Shown here: in pieces, positions 54,435-64,000 of the stretch
Layout of the letters: every line of letters starts with the position of its first letter
How positions within the stretch are numbered: position 1 is the first letter of the stretch
Assembly: GCA_964016885.1 (NCBI GenBank)
Contig: OZ024759.1
Location: 13,144,001 to 13,208,000 of the forward strand
Source: Eledone cirrhosa
Taxonomy: Eukaryota
Direction: 5' to 3'
DNA length: 64,000 bases
Translations under genes and position numbers: made by a program
The notes under the pieces: generated by a model
Seen by the model: only the letters and a program-made list of their open reading frames with translations
The model's database searches: none
Told to the model about the DNA's origin: nothing

Positions 54435-55040
54435 GTTTCTTTTATTTGCCACCAGGGCATCAAAAGTGGGACAAGTACAATGGGGGGAGTTTACAAAACA
54501 AGGCGTCCTCAATAAGGAGGAGGCAATAACAATATATAAAAATAAAATAAAATATAACAAAAAATAAAATTTATAACAAAGTCCTCAATAGAGAGGAGGG
54601 GGGTCGCACCCCCCCCCCGAAAAAAAGTGTGCAACCCTTCTCCTCAGGAGCACAGAGAAGGGGTGCTCCCTTGGTCTTTCATCTTCCTCACCTATAGTCT
54701 GATGTAGAGTGAAGGCCCATTCACACGGGCCATTCTCGCCACTTTCACCCATCTTCCATAGAAACGGCTGGGGTGCAGCACCTCTCTCTCCATCCTGATC
54801 CTTCTTCCGAAATGATATCGGAAGAAACGGACCAGTTGTTGGCCAGAGAGAAAGGTGTCTGACCTCAGTCCTTTCAGACGCGTCCACCATACAACTTCTT
54901 TCACCATGGCTATTACGCACAGAAACACCGCCTCTCCTTCGTTTTTGAAGAGGGGAGGCGGCTTGATCATTACAATAGACTCGGTGGTCAACCGGATCGG
55001 TCCCACCCTTGACAGCAGTTGACAGTCTCCAATGACTCGG
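54435..55040 (-). mobile_element. Probable L1/Tx1-type LINE 3' end
   Basis: Minus-strand ORF ...AVFLCVIAMVKEVVWWTRLKGL...FFRYHFGRRIRMEREVL...FYGRWV resembles the post-CCHC C-terminus of Tx1/L1 ORF2. Ends in ggcaaataaaagaaa. Confidence 0.5.
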
Positions 55041-55769
55041 CATAAACTCCATTGTCCTCTCGGCCAAGATTAGCATCACAGGTACATGAGTTGGGGTAAT
55101 GTGACATGAGAGGTCTACTCTAAATGGAGTTTACATAATAATCACCATCACCGTCATCATCATAATAACCATTATCAACATAATCATTATCATCACCACC
55201 ACGATCATCATCATCATAATAACCATTATCAACATAATCATTATCATCATCATAATAACCATTATCAACATAATCATTATCATCACCACCACCATCATCA
55301 TCATCGTGCCAGCATGGGTTTCATGGATTGTCACCATCATCACTACCATCAATATCACCACCGCCATCATCATAATCATCAACACCATCACTATCAACAC
55401 CATTACCACCATGATCATCACCATCACCATCAGCAACACCAGCTTAACCAAGCCAGCATGGGTTGGGTGGATTATCACAGATAAAACCAGTAGATAATCG
55501 GAGCCACAGGCCCTCCTAGACCCAAAAGTGACACCCAGGGCTGTTTATTGGACTGTGTCTCATTCAGATACATTTCATTTGTGTCATGGTTTCTACAGCA
55601 AGATGCCCTTCTTAATGCCAACCACTTTACAGAGTGTACTGGGTGCATTTTATCATGACACTAACATACTAGGGCAGTTGTCATATTATTGATGTGACTA
55701 AAGAGTCATCTCGATCCATTTCTGGCACGATTTCTCTGGCTGGATACCCTTCCTAATGCCAACCACAAC

Positions 55770-56520
55770 AAAAGGGTTAAAGTGTTTATATTATCTAAAA
55801 ACCTTCCATCATGATTTAAATAAGAACCTTTATTAAGTTATGTTCCAAACACCAACAGGGTCTTTCATCAGAAATATGGTAACAAAAGGGTTAAAGTGTT
55901 TATATTATCTAAAAACCTTCCATCATGATTTAAATAAGAACCTTTATTAAGTTATGTTCCAAACACCAACAGTGTCTTTCATTAGAAATATGGTAATGAA
56001 AGGGTTAAAGTGTTTATATTTATCTAAAGAACCTTCCATCATGATTTAAATAAGAACCTTTATTAAGTTATGTTCCAAACACCAACAGTGTCTTTCATTA
56101 GAAATATGGTAATGAAAGGGTTAAAGTGTTTATATTTATCTAAAGAACCTTCCATCATGATTTAAATAAGAACCTTTATTAAGTTATGTTCCAAACACCA
56201 ACAGTGTCTTTCATCAGAAATATGGTAACAAAAGGGTTAGTGTTTATATTATCTAAAAACCTTCCATCATGATTTAAATAAGAACCTTTATTAAGTTATG
56301 TTCCAAACACCAACAGTGTCTTTCATTAGAAATATGGTAATGAAAGGGTTAAAGTGTTTATATTTATCTAAAGAACCTTCCATCATGATTTAAATAAGAA
56401 CCTTTATTAAGTTATGTTCCAAACACCAACAGTGTCTTTCATTAGAAATTTGGTAACAAAAAGGTTAAAGTGTTTATATTATCTAAAAACTTTCTATCAT
56501 AATTTTATGAAAGAACCTTT
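55770..56520. repeat. ~115-bp tandem repeat, ~6.5 copies, MITE-derived
   Basis: aaagggttaa recurs at 55771, 55885, 55999 and 56115. Shares gtctttcattagaaatatggtaatgaaagggttaa with the 32570 array. Confidence 0.9.
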
Positions 56521-57364
56521 GCATTTAAACCCTTAAGCATTTAAACCAGCCATATTCGGCCAGAATTCTCTCACCTCTTTCTGTTCAAACCAGCTGTAAC
56601 CAGTCCCCCATACTGATGTTAAGGTATTGCTCTCAAAATAAATATCAAAATCTCATAGATTCGATATTATGTGAGATAAAGCCTTTACCACAAAAATACA
56701 ATAGTATATATAGAGTAATGTAAATACTAAAAGGGTTAAGTTAGAGAAAGTTGGTAATACACATGAATTTAAAAAAAACACAATTTTGTTGCTGTTTCTT
56801 AGCAAATATGAATGAATTAAGCCCAAACAAATTGGGTTGTAAATTATATAACAATGACTGTGAGATAAGCAGTTTTGAATATTACACTATATACATACAC
56901 ACACACTATATATATATAGTGTGTATGTATATATATAATGTAATATTCAAAATTATGTACATACACACACTATATATATATATATAATGTAATATTCAAA
57001 ATTATGTACATACACACACTATATATATATATATCAATGACACACGACCGTGACTTCTGGCGTCACGCAGTAATACAGGGTACCCGACCTCCCATGGGTA
57101 CATGCTGAAGCATATAAACAATATACACTCACTGTAAATGAGGTTGGTGTTAGGAAGGGCATCCAGCTGTAGAAATCAAGCCAGATCAGTTCCTGTATGA
57201 GCAAGGCATGGTCAGCCGACCAGACACTGCCCACAACAGGACAACCCGTCTAACCCATGCTAGCGTGGAAGAACGGACGTAAAACGGTGATGATGATATA
57301 TATATAGTGTGTATGTATATATATAATGTAATATTCAAAATTATGTACATACACACACACACAC

Positions 57365-57418
<54 letters not shown>

Positions 57419-57591
57419 TACACACATATAGTGTAAGTATATAAACTGCTTTGTCATGTCAGTTGACACGTTCAAAAATGTCAACTTGAAACATGAAAAT
57501 AGGACAGTGAGGTTGCACAATCCATGTTTATTTTATACTGACTTTAGTCATTAGACTGTGGTCATGCTGGGGCACGGCTTTGTGGGAATTT

Positions 57592-57634
<43 letters not shown>

Positions 57635-57834
57635 CTAGCTGGCTCAGTACCATAAAAAATGACGGCTAATTGTAATATCTATACATAATATATGTTTGTT
57701 GGTTGGTTGGTTCCTTCTTGCTCACGCACACAAGTGATATAAACATACAGCTGTGACGAATCTTAGAACACTGGACTTCATAGTTTCTCACCACCCTCCT
57801 TCCTCAGTCATCACATAGATGTGTGTGTATTAGA

Positions 57835-58498
57835 CCCCCCTTCGTTCCTCAGTCGACATAATCACCCCTTCCTTCCTCAGTCGACATAATCACCCCTTCC
57901 TTCCTCAGTCGACATAATCACCCCTTCCTTCCTCAGTCGACGTAATCACCCCTTCCTTCCTCAGTCGACGTAATCACCCCTTCCTTCCTCAGTCGACATA
58001 ACCACCCCTTCCTTCCTCAGTCGACGTAATCACCCCTTCCTTCCTCAGTCGACATAATCACCCCTTCTTTCCTCAGTCGACGTAATCACCCCTTCCTTCC
58101 TCAGTCGACGTAATCACCCCTTCCTTCCTCAGTCGACATAATCACCCCTTCTTTCCTCAGTCGACATAATCACCCCTTCCTTCCTCAGTCGACATAATCA
58201 CCCCTTCCTTCCTCAGTCGACATAATCACCCCTTCTTTCCTCAGTCTACATAATCACCCCTTCCTTCCTCAGTCGACGTTATCACCCCTTCCTTCCTCAG
58301 TCGACGTAATCACCCCTTCCTTCCTCAGTCGACATAATCACCCCTTCTTTCCTCAGTCGACATAATCACCCCTTCCTTCCTCAGTCAACGTAATCACCCC
58401 TTCCTTCCTCAGTCGACATAATCACCCCTTCCTTCCTCAGTCGACATAACCACCCCTTCCTTCCTCAGTCAACATAATCACCCCTTCCTTCCTCAGTC
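57835..58498. repeat. 28-bp minisatellite, ~23 copies
   Basis: Unit cagtcgacataatcaccccttccttcct. Confidence 0.95.
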
Positions 58499-58857
58499 AT
58501 CTCTAGTGTGTGACGGACAAATACACAACACTATCATATTAGTAAATTATTTTCATCATCTTCATTTTTACATTCGTCTTTCCATGCTTCCAAGGGTTGG
58601 ATGGGTCCTTTTCAGCACAGCATCTCTCCACCCATCACGTTCCTTTGTAATATCCTCTAAGTCTCAACGATTTGAGATCAGTTCTCACCACCTCTGCTCA
58701 GGTTTTCCTTGGTCTACCTCTACTGGGATTTCCTGCCACTTCTTCACACAGCGATCATATATGTGTGTGTGTGTGTGTGTGTCCTGGGTTCAATCGGGGG
58801 GTAACCACAGCAAGGAAGGGTCTCAATACATTAGAGTATATACAAAATTTAATAAAC

Positions 58858-59017
58858 AAATGGCTTCAACAGGACTAGAGCTGTTTCATTAGAAGGAAAT
58901 CATCTGGAAAGCCAACCTTCCCCAACCATCAGAAAACATACAAATACCCCAATGACAGTTGGCTTTCCTGATGATTTCCTTCGAATGAAACAGTTCTAGT
59001 CTTGTAGAAGCCATTTT
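58858..59017. repeat. Inverted repeat (~60-bp arms) with a decayed CTGATGA...GAAAC motif
   Basis: aaatggcttcaacaggactagagctgtttcattagaaggaaatcatctggaaagccaac pairs with gttggctttcctgatgatttccttcgaatgaaacagttctagtcttgtagaagccattt. Confidence 0.75.
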
Positions 59018-59469
59018 ACCTCAAGTGGGACAACTCCCGTCTAACCCATGCTAGCGTGGAAGATAGATGTTAAACGATGATGATGATGATATATATATGA
59101 AAAATTTGGGACCCTGACAGCTGAGCTCCTGCTGTTTCAACAGCTAGTTCCAATCTAGCTGTTGAAATGGCAGGAGCTCAGCTGTCGGTGTCCTGAATTT
59201 TTCATATTACCCACTACTCTACTACCACAAGTATTGAGTACTCTGGTGAGTAATGGTCTAACTGGTTTTACTGCATCTATTCTGATATATATATATATAT
59301 ATATATATTCAAAAGTATTTGAAGAAAGCCAACCTACTTTCATTAAAAACAGTTTTAATCCTTTAGCATTTATATTACTCTATATTTACTATTGTATGTT
59401 CACGGTAACATTTAAGTTAATCAGAAATCCAAAGAGGAAAGTGCATCTTCAACCTGTTTAACCAGTTAC

Positions 59470-60470
59470 TATATACATTACTCTATATATACTATTATAT
59501 TTTCATGGTAAAGGCTTTACCTCACATAATATCTCACATAACATTTACATTACTCTATATATACTATTATATTTTCATGGTAAAGGCTTTACCTCACATA
59601 ATATCTCACATAACATTTACATTACTCTATATATACTATTATATTTTCATGGTAAAGGCTTTACCTCACATAATATCTCACATAACATTTACATTACTCT
59701 ATATATACTATTATATTTTCATGGTAAAGGCTTTACCTCACATAATATCTCACATAACATTTACATTACTCTATATATACTATTATATTTTCATGGTAAA
59801 GGCTTTACCTCACATAATATCTCACATAACATTTACATGACTCTATATATACTATTATATTTTCATGGTAAAGGCTTTACCTCACATAACATTTACATTA
59901 CTTTATATATACTATTATATTTTCATGGTAAAGGCTTTACCTCACATAATATCTCACATAACATTTACATTACTCTATATATACTATTATATTTTCATGG
60001 TAAAGGCTTTACCTCACATAATATCTCACATAACATTTACATTACTCTATATATACTATTATATTTTCATGGTAAAGGCTTTACCTCACATAATATCTAC
60101 ATTACTCTATATATACTATTATATTTTCATGGTAAAGGCTTTACCTCACATAATATCTACATTACTCTATATATACTATTATATTTTCATGGTAAAGGCT
60201 TTACCTCACATAATATCTACATTACTCTATATATACTATTATATTTTCATGGTAAAGGCTTTACCTCACATAATATCTACATTACTCTATATATACTATT
60301 ATATTTTCATGGTAAAGGCTTTACCTCACATAATATCTCACATAACATTTACATTACTCTATATATACTATTATATTTTCATGGTAATATCACATAATAT
60401 CTCACATAACATTTACATTACTCTATATATACTATTATATTGTCACAGTAAAGGCTTTACCTTACATAAT
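59470..60470. repeat. 72/60-bp tandem array expanded inside a TTAA MITE (59355-60613)
   Basis: Unit cattactctatatatactattatattttcatggtaaaggctttacctcacataatatc... is the reverse complement of the MITE subterminal region. Confidence 0.88.
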
Positions 60471-61040
60471 ATCGAATCTATGAGATTTTGATATTATTTC
60501 TTTTGAGAACAATACCTTAACATCAGTATGAGTGGCTGATTACAGCTGGTTTGAACAGAAAGAGGTGAGAGAATTCTGGTCGGATATGGTCTGTTTAAAT
60601 ACTAAAGGGTTAATCACTTACATTTGTTTCTATTTCGTGAAATGAATTTGTCTAATTGTCGCAAACGATCAACTTGTTTTTGTTAATGAACGGACTTTGA
60701 GCAGATTCCTACACAAGACACCTTTGACAGAAACATTAACTCACATCAAGCAAAAGAAATGAAAACAATAATACAGAAGACTCGACTTCCCACGAGCACA
60801 AGCTGAAGTATATGTACAATGTGCCCTGCCCACAGTGTAAAATGAACATGTAAAAGACACGACAAAAAGCACCCACCTCACACTGTCAATGTGGTTGGTG
60901 TTAGGAAGGGCATCCAGCCGTAGAAAACCTGCCAGACAGTCCTATACGAGCGAGACGACCAATCTTGCCTCAAGTGGGATAATTCCCGTCTAAACCCATG
61001 CTAGCATGGAAGATAGACGTTAAACGATGATGATGATGAT

Positions 61041-61067
<27 letters not shown>

Positions 61068-61074
<7 letters not shown>

Positions 61075-61419
61075 TTCAAAATATTAACAAAATAGATATT
61101 CTTGTGATCAATTATATTTTATTATACATATTTCAGAGGTACTGAGTTAAGTTTAACTGTACGTCCTCATCAGATAAAATAGGATGATGAATGACATACC
61201 CTGACATAGTAGATGGTTAAGATTCAGTCATGGTAGTATATATATATATACCATGACTGAATCTTAACCATCTACTATGTCAGGGTATGTCATGTATCAT
61301 CCTATTTTATCTGATGAGGACATACTGTTAAACTTAACTCAGTACCTCTGAAATATTATGTATAATAAAATATAATTGATCACAAGAATATCTATTTTGT
61401 TAATATTTTGAATTAATAT
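61068..61419. repeat. ~350-bp palindrome (~165-bp arms) centred on (TA)n; each arm contains a hammerhead-like motif
   Basis: The arms meet at catggtag(ta)nccatg. CTGATGA at 61311 (+) and at 61167-61173 (-). Confidence 0.92.
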
Positions 61420-61510
61420 TAATAACTCTGGAAAACCTTTTTCTATTGAGTGCTTCCAATCTATTGTAAAACTCATTCTTTGATGTATTCATTGAAACTT
61501 GTTTAACTTT

Positions 61511-61558
<48 letters not shown>

Positions 61559-64000
61559 AACGAGTAGGACCCCGACTAAATTTAGTCCAGAATTAGCCGT
61601 CGAAACGGCTTGAGCTCAGCCGTCGGGGTCCTACTCGTTCCTATTACCCACTCTACTACCCTAAGTATTGAGTACTTTGGTGCGTTATGGTCCACCTGGT
61701 TCCTTACCACATTTCCTTCATTATATATATATATATATATCAAAGTAAAACCTACTACAGTCAGTAGGCATCTCTAACAGAATACCCCCCACCCCCCACC
61801 CATCCACACCGCCCCTTTCAATGTAAAGTTATGTTGGTGCCACAACATCCAGGCCGAAACAAATGAGATCGTGTAGGTGTCACGACAAAAAAAACATACA
61901 GTCCACGCTGTAATGTGGCCGTGTAGGCAACACGGTAAAAACCTCCCAGACCCACACTGTAAATGTGGTTGGTGTTAGGAAGGGCATCCAGCTGTAGAAA
62001 ACCCGCCAGACAGTTAATGTGGCCGTGTAGGTAACACCGTAAAAACTTCCCAGCCCCACACTGTAAATGTGGTTGGTGTTAGGAAGGGCATCCAGCTGTA
62101 GAAAACCCGCCAGACAGTCCACGCTGTAATGTGGTCGTGTAGGCAACACGGTAAAAACCTCCCAGTCCCACACTGTAAATGTGGTTGCTGTTAGGAAGGG
62201 CATCCAGCTGTAGAAAACCCGCCAGACAGTCTTATGCGAGCAAGACAACCACTCTTGCCTCAAGTGGGAAAACCCCCGTCCAAACCCATGCAAGCGTGGA
62301 AGATGGACGTTAAACAATGATGATGATGATGATGATATATCACATAAGAAACGTAGAATCAGTGTTGCGACGAATAATCAATTTGGCACCTATATATATG
62401 TATATATATAGGTGTCAAATTGGTAGAGTTGTTAAGATGTTGGATAGAATACTTTACGGCAGGCATGTCAAACATGCAGCCCTTTACAAGGACACCTGCG
62501 GCCCTTTACAAGCACACCAGCAGCCCTTTACAAGCACACCTGCGGTCTGCGCAAAGGTTTTTACAGCGAGAGTGTAATATAAAATAAAAAAATATTAGTT
62601 GTAATGTGCGCAATTAGTTGTCATGCGTGGCCCTCAGAAAACACATGTGTGACCCATGTGGCCCTCAGACAACACATATGTCACCCATGTGACCCTCGGG
62701 GTACCTTCAGTTTGTCATGCCTGCTTTGTCATGAGCACTCCGAGTTCAAATCCCGCCGTGGTCAACTTTACCTTTCATCTTTTCGAGGTCGCTAAATAAA
62801 GTACCAGTTTTGTACTGGGGTTGATTCTTCCTCTATAGAAAAAAATCAGCTGTGTTCAGACCTGAAGAAGGTTGGGCTCCACCAGGTTTAAAACTGTCCT
62901 AAACACATGATATGTTGATGCTTCTACAACTCCACATGGAGTTATGAGATGTTATCTTATCTCTATATATATGTCAGTGATATAGAGACTCCACTCCCCC
63001 ATCTGAGAGGTCAATATACTCTAAGTATTGACTTGACTTGTTTTGAAATGTCGATATAATATAGTACCAGTAATACACAGAGGTCAATGTAATCAGTTTT
63101 CCCTTTCCCAACTCCCTGGCTTTGTGCCTGGATTGACAGTATCACTGGAGCATCGGACACCATGCTTTGTGGCATTTAAATCCTGTCAAGGATAAATAAA
63201 GTACCAGTAATGCACTGGGGTCATTTTAATCGGCTTCCGCTCCCCTAAAATTGATGGCCTTGTGCCTAAATCTGATTCCACGGTCCTTTATAATCTGAGT
63301 TCAAATCCCGCCGAGGTTAACTTTGCCTTTCACCCTTACGGGGTCGATAAAATAAAGTACCAGTAATACACTGAGATAATTGCTGGCCTTGTGCCAAAAG
63401 TAGAAACAATTATTATTTTATCATGGAATGGAATGGATGCTGCGTAGTATCGCATTGCTCTACATTCGGCATCTTTCAACAAGAACAAGGAAGTACTAAC
63501 ATCAAAATGACTTTCCTATCTTTAATACTTACATCCCACCAGTTGTGTTTCATGGTCTCCCCTGTGTTAATTGGATGACAAGGTCATTTCAGAAGCTCTC
63601 TACATTCCAGAACCACATCATGAGACTTATGACTGGCAAGTGGCTCAGTGACCTTGTCTGTATTAGTGAGCTGCTCAACATTACCAGACTGAGACCAATT
63701 ATATCAATTGTCAAGTCAAGAGTACTCAAACTATTCTATTTTCTATTCTATTTTCTATTCATACGCTGGTATGGACATGTGATGCGTATGAAGGATGACA
63801 GCTGCATAAAAAGGTGCAGAGCACTAGAAGTTGATGGAAACCGCGGAGTGGGGAGACCCAAGATGACTTGGGATGAGGTGATAAAAGCCGACCTTACCCA
63901 ACTACACCTCTCAAAGTCAATGACACACGACCGTGACTTCTGGCGTCACGCAGTAATACAGGGTACCCGACCTCCCATGGGTACATGCTGAAGCATATAA

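Noticed and set aside
51818-54560. ~880-aa SVSQSLCL ORFs
   Set aside because: Translation of the GACA/GACT microsatellite.
55131-55497. His/Ile/Met-rich ORFs
   Set aside because: (CAT/CAC)n low-complexity tract.

Overview
AT-rich, intron- and repeat-dense animal genomic DNA. The SINE, LINE and microsatellite repertoire suggests a coleoid cephalopod (octopus-like); this is an inference. Two convergent spliced genes are present, each missing its first coding exon in this window. (1) An IU-NH family nucleoside hydrolase on + has 5 coding exons at 2105-17843, the DTDPGIDD Ca2+ motif, and a Cys in the catalytic 'xCD' position (group III-like). (2) The glutamate-cysteine ligase modifier subunit GCLM on - has exons 2-7 at 34942-24028. 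Introns and intergenic DNA are filled with locus-specific minisatellites (28-115 bp units), (TA)n/(GACA)n tracts, tRNA-derived SINEs, RTE/CR1/Tx1-type LINE fragments and TTAA-flanked MITEs. The most unusual signal is about 10 fold-back (palindromic) elements, most anchored in (TA)n, belonging to several sequence families. They share the layout inverted arm / forward arm / short tail, and several carry whole or half hammerhead-ribozyme cores, as in Penelope-like elements. Repeat coordinates are approximate; exon coordinates were checked against GT/AG and reading phase.
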